Source of the DNA: Alphaproteobacteria bacterium
Lineage (GTDB): Bacteria > Pseudomonadota > Alphaproteobacteria > UBA828
NCBI GenBank assembly: GCA_050173345.1
Contig: JBFXKW010000002.1
Span: forward strand, 79,938-143,937
Length of the DNA stretch: 64,000 bases
Reading direction: 5' to 3'
The number at the start of each line of letters is the position of its first letter. Position 1 is the first letter of the stretch. Below are positions 20,104 through 30,145 of this stretch, in pieces. Position numbers and translations under genes: made by a program. The notes below the pieces were generated by a model. The model was given only the letters and a program-made list of their open reading frames with translations. It was not told the origin of the DNA and did not search any database.

Positions 20104-20838
20104 TCAGGAGAGCAGCTGCATCTCGCAGGCGCGCGCCACGGCCTGAGCACGCGTGGTGGCGCCCATCTTGCGCATGGCGCGCTTGAAGTACACCCGTACC
20201 GTCTCGTGCGAGAGGCCGAGGATGAGCGCGACCTCCTCCGTCGTCTTGCCTGCCGCGGCCCAGCGCAGGCATTCGCGCTCGCGCATGCTCAGCGGCGCGT
20301 CGTCGGAAACCTCGACGAACTGCGGAAAGTGCTCCCGCGCCGCTTCATGAAACACATGAGTGAGGAAAAGCAGGCGCTCCGAATGCTGCTCGATGCGCCG
20401 CGCCCAGCCCCGGTCGCTCTTCTCCCCGACCACGGTGACGAAGCCGAAATGCCCCGGCGTGTGCACGGGCACGGTAAAGCCCTCGACGAGCCCGAAATCG
20501 GCGAGGTAGCGCCATGCCTTAGTCTCGAGCGGCGACAGGTCCGTCCGCCTGCGGACCGAGTCCCAGTCGAACGCGACGCGGCCGTCGAAGCACGCATGAT
20601 AGTAGGGGCATTGCGCGTTATAGAGGTGCCAGGCCTCGTCCCAACCCGGCGGGAAATTGAACGAGCGATGACGGTACACGCGCCAGCGCCCGTCGACGCC
20701 CTGTGCGGCGCCCCTCACGAAGCCGGCGACGAGGCGGTGAACCCCGATCTCGCCCGCCGCCCGTGTCAGGACGCCGAGCGCGGCATCCATGCTGTCGGTG
20801 GCGAAGATCTGCTCGCGAAGCTGCTCACGGGTTTGCAT
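20104..20838 (-). CDS. LuxR-family transcriptional regulator (N-terminal ligand/autoinducer-binding-like domain plus C-terminal HTH)
   Basis: C-terminal 'LSMRERECLRWAAAGKTTEEVALILGLSHETVRVYFKRAMRKMGATTRAQAV' is a canonical LuxR/GerE HTH. A ~170-aa N-terminal domain precedes it. The gene is immediately downstream of the fmd operon. Confidence 0.75.
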   Translation of the reverse strand: MQTREQLREQIFATDSMDAALGVLTRAAGEIGVHRLVAGFVRGAAQGVDGRWRVYRHRSFNFPPGWDEAWHLYNAQCPYYHACFDGRVAFDWDSVRRRTDLSPLETKAWRYLADFGLVEGFTVPVHTPGHFGFVTVVGEKSDRGWARRIEQHSERLLFLTHVFHEAAREHFPQFVEVSDDAPLSMRERECLRWAAAGKTTEEVALILGLSHETVRVYFKRAMRKMGATTRAQAVARACEMQLLS

Positions 20839-20969
20839 GGCCGATTCCCCCGAATTCGGCGCTTTGCGTAGCCGTGCCAGGCCACATGGCGAGGCGCTTG
20901 CCTCAGGGGGAGAGTCAATACCGACAGCCGGCCCGTGACAAGCGTCCTGAACGGCAAACGGCAGCCGCT

Positions 20970-23900
20970 TCAGAACAGTTCGAGCTGCCGGTCCGGCGCC
21001 TTCGGGGCGAGCGCCGCCATGCGGCTGCGCTCGATAAGCGCGGCCTCGATGTCGTTGAGGAACGGCGAGGCCGGAAGATCGCGCACCGCGCCGCGCCAGG
21101 AGCGCTTCTCGGCGCGGCAGAGGAACAAGCGGTCCTTGGCGCGCGTCATGCCGACGTAGAAGAGGCGCCGCTCCTCCTCCTGCGCGGCCGCATCGCCTTG
21201 GCCGCCGAAGCGCAGCGGCAGGATGCCGTCCTCCAGCCCGACGATGAAGACGACCGGGAACTCCAGCCCCTTGGCCGCGTGCAGCGTCAGCAGAGAAACC
21301 CGGTCCGCGCGCGGATCCCAGCCATCCGCCTCGCTGGTCTGCGCCAGCGCATCGGCGAAGCGCCGAACGTCGCCGTCGCAGGTTTCGGCGAGCGCCAGGA
21401 GTTGCCGAAGCACGGACTCCGGCAAGCGCGGGGCAGCTTCATCCGACGCACCGGCGAGACGACCCGCCACCTCCTTCACCCGCGCGACCAGGTCCGCCAC
21501 GCTTGCGTCTGCATCGAGCTGTTGCATCAACGCCTGCACCGCCGGCATCTCGGCGAGCGGCGCGTGGCCGTACTTGCCGAACGGCATGCCGGAGCGCGCC
21601 AGCGCCTCGCAGAGCGGTGCCGCCTGCGCGTCGGTCCGGTACAGCACGGCGAAATCGGCGAACGACAGGCCCGCTGCCCCGCCATGCGCCGCGCGCCCGC
21701 TGTCGATCGAGAAGAAGCTGTGGCCGCCGATCATGGCCTCGATCGTCTGCACCACGAACTCCGCCTCGGCACGCTCGCTGCGCGCAACGTGGATCGTCAC
21801 GCGCTCCTGCATGTCGCGCACCACCTCGCCGATCGCGTCCTCGCTCGCGACCGGCGCGATGACCTGCGACGAGGCGCTGACGATCGTCCCGCTCGAGCGA
21901 TAGTTGCGCGCCAGCCGGAGCGTGGCGGCATCGGGATAGTCCGCCACGAAGCGCGCGAAGCATGACGCATCCGCGCCGCGGAAGCCGTAGATCGCCTGGT
22001 TGGGGTCGCCGATGACGCAGAGATTGGCGCCCGGCGGCGCGAGCAGCCGGAGCAGCCGGTATTGCTGCGCGTCGACGTCCTGGAACTCGTCGACGCAGAG
22101 CCAGCGGAACTGCTCCCGATAGCGCGCCGCCAGTGCCGGGTTCGCCTCCAGCGCCTGCACCGCGAGCCCGACCAGGTCGTCGAAGTCGATCCAGTCGCGC
22201 GCTGCGAGCGCGCGTTGATAGGCCGAGAGCGCCTTGGCCACGTCGTCCTCCGGCGGCGCGCCCGCGCGCTTGGCGAGCGAGATCGCGCGCAGCAGGGAGC
22301 GTGCCTTGCGCGCCGAAACGCCCATCGCCTCCGCGAGCAGCGCCTCGCGCGCGGCCTCGTCGGCGATGCGGAAATCGCCGCGCAGCCCGGCCGCATCGTG
22401 GTGTTCCCTCAGGATGGCGAGCCCCAGGGAATGGAAGGTGTGGACCGGGATCGCCCGCCAGGCCTGCGGCACGAGCGCTGCGAGCCGCTCGGCCATCTCG
22501 GCCGCGGCGCGCCGGGTGAAGGTGATGGCGAGGCAGGCCTCGGGCGGGGCGCCGCATGCCCCGATGAGATGGGCGATGCGATGGGCCAGCACGCGCGTCT
22601 TGCCCGCGCCGGGGCCCGCGACGATCAGGAGCGGCCCGGCGACCCGCTCGGCCGCCTCGCGCTGCGCCTCGTCGAGCGCATCGAGGGTGCCGGTCGCCGG
22701 CGCCATCGGCGCATCGCGAGGCGTGCTTGCCGCCGGCTCGGCTGGCGGGCTCGCCTTCGGCCGGCGCTCAACCTCGCCCTTTGGTGTCAAGGCAGCGCGG
22801 TTCGCCGCTGGCAGCTCGAACAGCAGGCCGCCGCCCTTTTGCCGGCGCAGCTCGTCGGGCTTGAACAGGCGGATCACGCCGTACTCGCCGTCATAGCCCG
22901 GCTCGCGGATCACTTGCCCCGCGCGCAGCCGCGCGATGGCTTCCGCCAGCACCGGCGCGTCGGCCTGCGCGATGTCCTCGACCGGCACGCTCTCCAGGAT
23001 CGCAAGCTCCGGCCCGAGCCGCGCCAACAGGCGCTCATAGCGCTGCCCGACCGACTTGCTCCCGACGCCGGTGCCTTCGAGCTCCGCCAGCATCTCGGGC
23101 AGCGGCACGAGGCTGAGCGTCTTGCCTGCCTTGGGCGGCGGCGTCACCTGATCTGCCGGCCGGTCGGCGAGCGTCTCGATCCGGTGCAGCACGCCGACGG
23201 TCAGCGGCGTGCCGCACACCGGGCAGAGGCCATCATGTGCCCTGGTCTCCGCCGGCGTGAAGCGGACGCCGCATTTGCGGTGCCCGTCCATGTGGTACTT
23301 GCCTTCCTCCGGGAAGAACTCGACCGTGCCGACGAAGCCCGCGCCGGCCTTGAGCCCTTCCAGGATCGCAAAGTAATCGAGCGCGGTGTCGTAGGTCGTG
23401 GCCTCGCGGCCGATCTTGGGCGGCGAATGCGCGTCCGAGTTCGAGACCAGCCGGTAGCGGTCGAGCGAGGAGATGCGCCAGTTCATCTCGGGGTCGGAGG
23501 AGAGCCCGGTCTCGACCGCGAAGACGTGCTCGGCGAGATCGCCATAGCAATCCTCGATCGAGTCGAAGCCCGACTTCGAGCCGAGCGCCGCGAACCACGG
23601 CGTCCAGATATGCGCCGGGATGAGGTAGGAATGCGGGCCGGTGTCGAGCGTGATCTCGAGCAGGTCGCGGGAATCGAGGCCGAGGATCGGCCGGCCGTCG
23701 GACGCCAGATTGCCGATGCGCGCGAGGCTGGCGACCAGCCGGTCGGCGGCGTCCATGTCGGGCACGAAGATCAGGTGATGGACCTTCCTGACCTTGTCGC
23801 CCTTCTTGTAGATGGTGGAGATCTCGACCTCGAGCATGAAGCGCACCGGCCGGCCGGCGCAGGCAGCCGGCGCCTGGCGCTCGACCTCCGCCTCGATCTC

Positions 23901-24104
23901 GGGGCGCAGGCGGAACAGGCCGGGCTCGGCCGGCACCAGGGTTTCCTTGATCTGCGCGCGCCAAGCCGGATGGGTGAAATCGCCGGTGCCGACGATCGTG
24001 ATGCCCTTCTTGAGACCCCACAGCGCGAGATGCTCGAGGTCGGCGTTCTTCGCCGTCGCGCGCGAGTATTTCGAGTGGATCTGGACGTCGACGTGGAAGC
24101 GCAT
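20970..24104 (-). CDS. PHP-family phosphoesterase / Zn-ribbon / UvrD-like SF1 helicase fusion protein (1044 aa)
   Basis: The N-terminal ~300 aa carry PHP motifs (HVDVQIHSKYS, HIWTPWF, SNSDAHS). A Cys4 ribbon follows (GHRKCGV...CPVCGTP). The C-terminus is a UvrD/Rep helicase with Walker A 'AGPGAGKT', 'VDEFQD' and 'TLHAAKGLEFPVVFIVG'. Confidence 0.85.
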   Translation of the reverse strand: MRFHVDVQIHSKYSRATAKNADLEHLALWGLKKGITIVGTGDFTHPAWRAQIKETLVPAEPGLFRLRPEIEAEVERQAPAACAGRPVRFMLEVEISTIYKKGDKVRKVHHLIFVPDMDAADRLVASLARIGNLASDGRPILGLDSRDLLEITLDTGPHSYLIPAHIWTPWFAALGSKSGFDSIEDCYGDLAEHVFAVETGLSSDPEMNWRISSLDRYRLVSNSDAHSPPKIGREATTYDTALDYFAILEGLKAGAGFVGTVEFFPEEGKYHMDGHRKCGVRFTPAETRAHDGLCPVCGTPLTVGVLHRIETLADRPADQVTPPPKAGKTLSLVPLPEMLAELEGTGVGSKSVGQRYERLLARLGPELAILESVPVEDIAQADAPVLAEAIARLRAGQVIREPGYDGEYGVIRLFKPDELRRQKGGGLLFELPAANRAALTPKGEVERRPKASPPAEPAASTPRDAPMAPATGTLDALDEAQREAAERVAGPLLIVAGPGAGKTRVLAHRIAHLIGACGAPPEACLAITFTRRAAAEMAERLAALVPQAWRAIPVHTFHSLGLAILREHHDAAGLRGDFRIADEAAREALLAEAMGVSARKARSLLRAISLAKRAGAPPEDDVAKALSAYQRALAARDWIDFDDLVGLAVQALEANPALAARYREQFRWLCVDEFQDVDAQQYRLLRLLAPPGANLCVIGDPNQAIYGFRGADASCFARFVADYPDAATLRLARNYRSSGTIVSASSQVIAPVASEDAIGEVVRDMQERVTIHVARSERAEAEFVVQTIEAMIGGHSFFSIDSGRAAHGGAAGLSFADFAVLYRTDAQAAPLCEALARSGMPFGKYGHAPLAEMPAVQALMQQLDADASVADLVARVKEVAGRLAGASDEAAPRLPESVLRQLLALAETCDGDVRRFADALAQTSEADGWDPRADRVSLLTLHAAKGLEFPVVFIVGLEDGILPLRFGGQGDAAAQEEERRLFYVGMTRAKDRLFLCRAEKRSWRGAVRDLPASPFLNDIEAALIERSRMAALAPKAPDRQLELF

Positions 24105-24164
24105 GGTCGTCCGCAGCCCGCGATTGATTCAGACGCGTCCGGCTTCCCGGCAATGGAAAAGTAT

Positions 24165-24207
24165 CGTCGAGTCGGCGGCGGCGGGGAAGCGCTATCGGCC
24201 TCCCCGC
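24165..24207 (-). terminator. Candidate intrinsic terminator downstream of the encapsulin gene
   Basis: GC-rich perfect hairpin gcggcgggga(ag…cc)tccccgccgc lies immediately 3' of the encapsulin stop on the transcribed strand. It is followed on that strand by a short ttttcc tract. Confidence 0.4.
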
Positions 24208-24229
24208 CGCCGGCCGGCGAACGCTGGCG

Positions 24230-25048
24230 CTACTTCTTCGCGGCCCTGTAGGAGAGCGGTACCGCGGCCTCGGCGGCGAGCACCCGGAAGGTGAAGCTTT
24301 CCTGCAGATAGAGCCGCACCGTGGTCGCCGTGTGGTCGAGATAGCCGATCGAGAAATCCTGGCCGACCGTCAGCTCGAAATCGCCGCCGCGCAGCGACAT
24401 CACCACCGCGCCGTCGACGCCCGGCGCCCACACCACCGGCCCGTCGAGCAGGCGCTCGACATGGTCGAAGACGCGATAGCCGCCCGATGTCGTGGTCTCG
24501 GTCAGCCCGGTATAGCAGCGCGGCCCGAGCGCGATGCCGTAGGGGCCGGCGACGCCGTCATTGCGCAGCTTGCTGAGCGCCTCCGCGACCACGATGGGAT
24601 AGCGCGTATAGTCGTCGGTGAGGGTGAGGCCGGCCTTTTCGGCGGCCTCGCCGATCCCCTTTATGCCGGCGCCCGGGTGGCCATGAAAGACGGCGGCGTC
24701 CTCAGCGATGGCGATGGCGCGCGCCGCCGCGATCACCGGCTCCAGCTCGGCGTCCTTGCTGCCGCGCTCGATCGCCTCGAACTCGCTGCGCGGCAGTTCG
24801 AACGGAACGCGCAGCTCGACCAGCGGCTGAACACGCCGGAGGCGGCTCTCGATGCCCTCGCGCCAGGACGGCTTGACCGGCTCGGTCCGCCCGAGGCTGA
24901 CCGCGCAGGCATCCCAGCCCAGCGGGCCAACGAAATCGACGAGCTTGCGCGCGGCGAGCGTCAGCTTGAGCGTGCGCCGCGCCTCCTCGTCGATCTCCTT
25001 CCACGCGGCCGCGGAGATCGGCGCCAGTTCGCGAAGCAGGTTGTTCAT
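24230..25048 (-). CDS. enc: Family-1 encapsulin nanocompartment shell protein (linocin-M18/HK97-fold)
   Basis: The N-terminus 'MNNLLRELAPISAAAWKEIDEEARRTLKLTLAARKLVDFVGPLG' is the conserved family-1 encapsulin start. 272 aa. It lies 4 nt downstream of a cargo gene with a targeting peptide. Confidence 0.85.
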   Translation of the reverse strand: MNNLLRELAPISAAAWKEIDEEARRTLKLTLAARKLVDFVGPLGWDACAVSLGRTEPVKPSWREGIESRLRRVQPLVELRVPFELPRSEFEAIERGSKDAELEPVIAAARAIAIAEDAAVFHGHPGAGIKGIGEAAEKAGLTLTDDYTRYPIVVAEALSKLRNDGVAGPYGIALGPRCYTGLTETTTSGGYRVFDHVERLLDGPVVWAPGVDGAVVMSLRGGDFELTVGQDFSIGYLDHTATTVRLYLQESFTFRVLAAEAAVPLSYRAAKK

Positions 25049-25052
25049 GGCG

Positions 25053-25421
25053 TCACGCTCCCCTCAGGCTGCCGATGCCGAGCGAGCCGTCGCCCGCCTC
25101 GCCGCGGCCATCCCCTGTATCCGCTTCCTCGATCTCCAGGATGGCGCCTTCGGCGAACAGGTAGGTCTTGAGCATCTCGTTCAGCACCGGGTCGTGGCGG
25201 CGCAGCCATTCGAGGAGCATCGACGCGTGCTCCTTCTCCTCGTCACGGTTGTGCGCGAGGATGCCGCGCAATTCGGTATCGCCCGCGACGTCGACCCGCT
25301 GGTCGTACCAGTCGACGGCCTCGAGCTCCTCTCGAAGCGAGACGATCGCGCGGTGCCGGTCGAGCGTCTCGGGCCTGAGCTTGCCCCGCTCCTCGTGAAG
25401 TTGTTCGCTCGAATCAGTCAT
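25053..25421 (-). CDS. Encapsulated ferritin-like cargo protein (EncFtn/Flp) with a C-terminal encapsulin targeting peptide
   Basis: Start is the ATG at 25421 (MTDSSEQLHEERGK…), preceded by GGAGGGAGAG. The ferritin-like di-iron motif 'ILAHNRDEEKEHASMLLEWLRR' is closely similar to Rhodospirillum EncFtn. The C-terminal '…GDGSLGIGSLRGA' matches the GSLxIGSL cargo-loading peptide consensus. Confidence 0.8.
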   Translation of the reverse strand: MTDSSEQLHEERGKLRPETLDRHRAIVSLREELEAVDWYDQRVDVAGDTELRGILAHNRDEEKEHASMLLEWLRRHDPVLNEMLKTYLFAEGAILEIEEADTGDGRGEAGDGSLGIGSLRGA

Positions 25422-25605
25422 TCTTCTCTCCCTCCGGAAATGGCTGGCACGCGATGAGCGACAGACACGCAGGTATATTGTGACGAGCAGCGCGGCTTCC
25501 TCGCCACGCCGTGCGCCCCGGGGCATTATGCCGCAATTCGGCGGTCGATAACGTTGAACGCTTGGGCCGTGTCGCGGGTTTCTTTTTGCCCGACGGCGTT
25601 CCCGG

Positions 25606-28600
25606 TCATGCCGGCTCGGCGTGCGGGGGGTCTCCGCCGTCGCCGACCATCACGGCCCGCCGGAGCGTGCCGGGTTGCCGCAGCAGCGCCTTGCGGGCCT
25701 CCCATTGCGACGCCGGGTCCAGCGTCTCCAGGTATTGCACCTCGCCGCCGGCCAGGACGGCCAATGGCAGGCCGTCGCGATAGAGCAGCCGGTTGCCGGC
25801 CAGGGTCGAGAGCTTCGCCGAGCCTGCGAGGATGCCGATCAGGTTGAGCGGATCGGCGCCGGAGAGCGAGACGAACTCGCCGGTCTCCGGCTTCCGCCTC
25901 GTCTCGCGCAGCCTGCCGATGGCTTCGGGCAGCGCGAACTGCTCGCCGGGGAAGCCCGCGACGAAGCGGCCGCCCCGGATTTCGCCGCGCGCCTCGAGCC
26001 GGCGATAGACCCGCAGCAGGTCGCGCCAGGGCGGCAGCCAATCCGCCTCGCGGCCGGTCAGGCGTCCGAACACGACGCCGTAGCGGCGCAGCAGCGTGCG
26101 CGCGATGTGCTCGACCGCGTTCGCCGCATCCTCGGCCGTGCCCGGCCGCGAGCGACGCGCCAGCGCCCAGCGCCCGGCATTCTCCATGTCGAACACGGCG
26201 GTGCGATGGCGCCGCCGCGCCCCGGCGAGCGGCCGGCGCCGCGCCGCCGGCACGAGCAGCGCGCGCAGGCCTGCGAAGCTGTCCGAATTGACGAGGCCGA
26301 GCGCGACCAGTTCCGCAAGCGCCTCCTCGACCTGCGTGCGCAGCAATCCCGTACCCTCGACCAGCTCGTCGAAGAACAGTGCGCCGCGCTCGCGCAGGCA
26401 TTGCATCACGGCCTGCGCGCGGACGCTCGGCCGCGCCGTTTCGTCGGCCGGTGCCGGCGGTCCCCAATGCCGTGCGTGACGCCGCGCCAGCAAGGCGATC
26501 GGCGTGGTGCGCACCGGCGAGACGCCGCGCTCGCCTTCGCCCGTCCGCGCTGCACGCGGGCGCAGCCGCGCCCACGAGATGCGCCCGGCAAGGCAGAGAT
26601 CGTCGAGCCAGGCCGGGTCGTAGCCAGCGAGGCGTGCCGGCAGGATTTCGCTCTCCCACGCTCCGGCCGGCGCCTCGAAGCCTTCGAGCTGCCCGACGAT
26701 CGCCTCGACCGCCTCCGGGCCTTCCATGCGCGCGTCCGCGGTCACGCGCTGCCAGCCGAGCAGGAAGCGCAGGAAGTCGCGCGCCGAGACCGGCTCGATC
26801 TCCGCGCGCAGCCGCTTGATCGTGTACTGGTGGATGCGCGCGAGCAGGCGGCGCTCGCACCATTCCTCGCCGGCGCCGAGCGGGCTGAACCGGCCGCGCA
26901 TGGCGAAGCCTTCGGCCTCGAGCGCGGCGAATGCCGAGGCGAGCTCGCGCGCCGCGATGCCGAGCGCTTCCGCGAGAGCGCCCTGCTCGACCGGCCCCTG
27001 GCCTTCGAGCCGGCCGCGCACGATCTCGACCAGCGCCTCGTCGCGCAGCCATTCCCGCGCATAGGCCTCGGGCGCGGCGATGTCCGGCTCGGCCGGTACA
27101 TCGGGCCACAGCGCGCGGAACTGCGGCAACCGTTCGGCCGCGACCCAGAGCGCCTTGCCCGGCGCGCCCAGCCGGGTGACGCGCTTGTCGCGCGCGAGCT
27201 GCGCCAGGAATTCGTTCCAGCCCGGCCCGGCCTCCGCCTCTTCCTCGTTCAAGGCGCCGAGCCAGACCAGCGCATCGTGCAGCTCGTCGGCGTTGCGCGC
27301 ATCGGGCCACGCCTCGGCGCGCACGCGCGTGATGGCCTCGGCATCGAGCCGGCCGAACTCGGCCGCGCTCTCGGGCCCGGCCCAGTGCCGGCTCATCACC
27401 GCCTGGGTGCGGCGCTCCTCGAGCGGCGCATCGTCGAGATAGGCATAGGGCCGGGCGGAGAGCACCTCGAGCGCGAGCGGCGAGGGCTGGGTCAGGTCGC
27501 GCGCCACCACCTCGATCTCGCCGGCCTCCAGCCGGGCGAGCAGCCGCTCCAGGCCCGCGACGTCCATCGCCTCGGTCAGGCAGTCGCCAATGGTCTGGTT
27601 GACCAGCGGGTGGTCCGGGATTTCGCGCTCGCCGACCAGGTTCTCGGCGCAGGCGAGCTGATCGGGGAACACGGTGGCGATCAGGTCTTCAGCCTCCATG
27701 CGCACGAATTGCGGCGGCACCTTCTTGCCGCCGCGGAAGCGCGGCAAGGCGAGCGCGACGCTCGCCACCCAGCGCCAGCGCGTCAGGAACATCGGCGCGT
27801 CCAAGAGCGCCTGGATCAGCACGTCTCTCGCGCTCGCCGCATGCAGATAGCCGCGCACCTCGGCGAGCTCGAAGCTGTGCGCCGCGGTGAGCGAGAGTAC
27901 GATGTTGTCCTCGGTCGCGGCCGCCTGAAGCTCGAAGTTGAAGCGCCGGCAGAACCGCTTGCGCAATGCCAGGCCCCAGGCCCGGTTGAGCCGGCTGCCA
28001 TAGGGCGAATGGATGACGAGCTGCATGCCGCCGGCCTCGTCGAAGAAGCGCTCGAACACCAGCCGCTCCTGCGTCGGCAGGCAGCCGAGCGCCGCCTTGG
28101 CCGCGGCGAGATAGTCGGCGAGCTCGCGCGCCGGGGTCTCCTCGATACCCAACTCCTCGACCAGCCAGCACACCGCGTCGTCGCCGTCCAGACGCGCGGC
28201 GACCTCGGCACGCAGGCGAGACACGGCGAGCGACAGCTCGTCGCTGCGGCCCGGCGCCTCGCCCAGCCAGAACGGGATGGTCGGCGCCAAGCCATTGGCG
28301 TCCTCGACGCGCACCGTGCCGCGGTCGACGCGCAGGATGCGATAGGCATGATTGCCGAGCAGGAAGACGTCGCCGGCCAGGCTCTCGACCGCGAAGTCCT
28401 CGTTCACCGTGCCGATGAACTGGCTCTCCGGCTCGAGCAGGACGCGATAGTCGGCGTTGTCGGGAATCGCACCGCCCGAGGTCAGCGCGGTCAGCCGCGC
28501 GCCGCGCCGGCCGCGCAGCACGTGATTGACCGCATCGTGATGGATCAGCGCGCCGCGCCGGCCGCGGCCGGTGGCGAAGCCCTCGCCGAGCATCCGGACG

Positions 28601-29976
28601 ATCGCGTCGAAGTCTTCGCGCGGCAGCGCGCGATAGGGCCAGGCGCGGCGGAGCAGCGCATAGAGATCGTCCTCGCGCCATTCCTGCGCCGCGACCTCGG
28701 CAACGATCTGCTGGGCCAGCACGTCGAGCGGCCGCGTCGGGATCGAGAGGCGATCAAGCTCGCCCTGCCTGACGCTGCCGATCAGCGCCGCGCACTCGAC
28801 CAGCTCGTCGCGCGAGAGCGGGAAGAGGCGCCCCTTGGGCGTGCCGCCGACCGCGTGGCCGGAGCGCCCGACCCGCTGCAGGAAACTCGCGATCGAGCGC
28901 GGCGAGCCAAGCTGGCAGACCAGCTCCACCTCGCCGATGTCGATGCCGAGCTCGAGCGACGCGGTCGCGACCAAGGCCCGCAACGCGCCGCGCTTGAGGC
29001 GCTGCTCGGCGTCCAGCCGGTGCTCCTTGGCGAGGCTGCCATGATGGGCGGCGACCTGCGCGGCATCCAGCCGCTGCGACAGGTGATGCGCCACCCGCTC
29101 GGCCATGCGCCGCGTGTTGACGAAGATCAGCGTGGTGCGGTGCGCCTCGATGAGCTGCGCGAGGCGGTCATAGGTCTGCTCCCAGACGTCGTTCGACATC
29201 ACCGCTTCGAGCGGCGCGGGCGGGATTTCGAGGGCGAGGTCGCGCGCCCGCTGATGGCCGGTGTCGACGATCCTGCAAGCGCCGGCCGCCTCGCCGGCTG
29301 GCCCGGCGCCGGTCAGGAAGCGGGCGACCTCCTCGATCGGCTTCTGCGTCGCGGAGAGCCCGATGCGCTGCAGCGGGCGGCCGCAGAGCGCCTCCAGCCG
29401 TTCGAGCGACAGCGCGAGATGCGCCCCGCGCTTGTTGGGCGCGAGGGCGTGGATCTCGTCGACGATCACGCTCCGCGTGGTGTGCAGCATGGCGCGGCCG
29501 GATTCCGAGCCGAGCAGGATATAGAGCGATTCTGGCGTGGTCACCACGATGTGCGGCGGCCGGCGCAGCGCCCGAACACGGTCACCCGCCGGCGTGTCGC
29601 CGGTGCGTACCCAGGTGCGGATTTCGACGTCGGGCTGACCTTGCGCGCGCAGCGCATCGCGGATGCCGGCGAGCGGCGCCTCCAGATTGCGCTGGATGTC
29701 GTTCGACAGCGCCTTCAGGGGCGAGACGTAGACGACCCGCGTCTCGTCGGGCAAGTCGCCCACGAGGCCGTGCCGGGCCAGCTCGTCGAGCGCGGCGAGG
29801 AAGGCGGCGAGCGTCTTGCCCGAGCCGGTCGGCGCCGCGATCAGCACGTTCTCGCGCGCGCGGATCGCCGGCCAGGCCTGCGCCTGCGCCGCGGTCGGCG
29901 CCGCGAAGCGGCCTTCGAACCAGGCGGCGACCGCCGGATGGAACAGCGTCTTCAGGTCGAGGGCGGTGGCGTCCAT
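25606..29976 (-). CDS. lhr: Lhr-family ATP-dependent DNA helicase (large helicase-related protein, 1456 aa)
   Basis: Walker A 'APTGSGKT', DEIH box, SAT, and the Lhr-core WH/beta-barrel/C-terminal extension. The size matches Lhr. The entire antisense strand also forms a 1478-aa ORF, which is a GC artefact. Confidence 0.9.
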   Translation of the reverse strand: MDATALDLKTLFHPAVAAWFEGRFAAPTAAQAQAWPAIRARENVLIAAPTGSGKTLAAFLAALDELARHGLVGDLPDETRVVYVSPLKALSNDIQRNLEAPLAGIRDALRAQGQPDVEIRTWVRTGDTPAGDRVRALRRPPHIVVTTPESLYILLGSESGRAMLHTTRSVIVDEIHALAPNKRGAHLALSLERLEALCGRPLQRIGLSATQKPIEEVARFLTGAGPAGEAAGACRIVDTGHQRARDLALEIPPAPLEAVMSNDVWEQTYDRLAQLIEAHRTTLIFVNTRRMAERVAHHLSQRLDAAQVAAHHGSLAKEHRLDAEQRLKRGALRALVATASLELGIDIGEVELVCQLGSPRSIASFLQRVGRSGHAVGGTPKGRLFPLSRDELVECAALIGSVRQGELDRLSIPTRPLDVLAQQIVAEVAAQEWREDDLYALLRRAWPYRALPREDFDAIVRMLGEGFATGRGRRGALIHHDAVNHVLRGRRGARLTALTSGGAIPDNADYRVLLEPESQFIGTVNEDFAVESLAGDVFLLGNHAYRILRVDRGTVRVEDANGLAPTIPFWLGEAPGRSDELSLAVSRLRAEVAARLDGDDAVCWLVEELGIEETPARELADYLAAAKAALGCLPTQERLVFERFFDEAGGMQLVIHSPYGSRLNRAWGLALRKRFCRRFNFELQAAATEDNIVLSLTAAHSFELAEVRGYLHAASARDVLIQALLDAPMFLTRWRWVASVALALPRFRGGKKVPPQFVRMEAEDLIATVFPDQLACAENLVGEREIPDHPLVNQTIGDCLTEAMDVAGLERLLARLEAGEIEVVARDLTQPSPLALEVLSARPYAYLDDAPLEERRTQAVMSRHWAGPESAAEFGRLDAEAITRVRAEAWPDARNADELHDALVWLGALNEEEAEAGPGWNEFLAQLARDKRVTRLGAPGKALWVAAERLPQFRALWPDVPAEPDIAAPEAYAREWLRDEALVEIVRGRLEGQGPVEQGALAEALGIAARELASAFAALEAEGFAMRGRFSPLGAGEEWCERRLLARIHQYTIKRLRAEIEPVSARDFLRFLLGWQRVTADARMEGPEAVEAIVGQLEGFEAPAGAWESEILPARLAGYDPAWLDDLCLAGRISWARLRPRAARTGEGERGVSPVRTTPIALLARRHARHWGPPAPADETARPSVRAQAVMQCLRERGALFFDELVEGTGLLRTQVEEALAELVALGLVNSDSFAGLRALLVPAARRRPLAGARRRHRTAVFDMENAGRWALARRSRPGTAEDAANAVEHIARTLLRRYGVVFGRLTGREADWLPPWRDLLRVYRRLEARGEIRGGRFVAGFPGEQFALPEAIGRLRETRRKPETGEFVSLSGADPLNLIGILAGSAKLSTLAGNRLLYRDGLPLAVLAGGEVQYLETLDPASQWEARKALLRQPGTLRRAVMVGDGGDPPHAEPA

Positions 29977-30145
29977 GCGTTCAAGGATAGCCGCACCGGA
30001 CCAGCGACGACAGCAGCGACGTCACGGCGATCCCGCGGGGTTCTGCGACCAGGGTAGGATGGAATCTAAGCCGCGACCCGACGGAATCAACGCGACCGTC
30101 GGCGCCCCACAACCGGGCGAACGAGGCGGCTATCGCCGGATTCGG

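Noticed and set aside
25621-30057. 1478-aa plus-strand ORF opposite lhr
   Set aside because: Mirror ORF of the 1456-aa Lhr gene. Lhr has all helicase motifs, while this frame is composition-driven.
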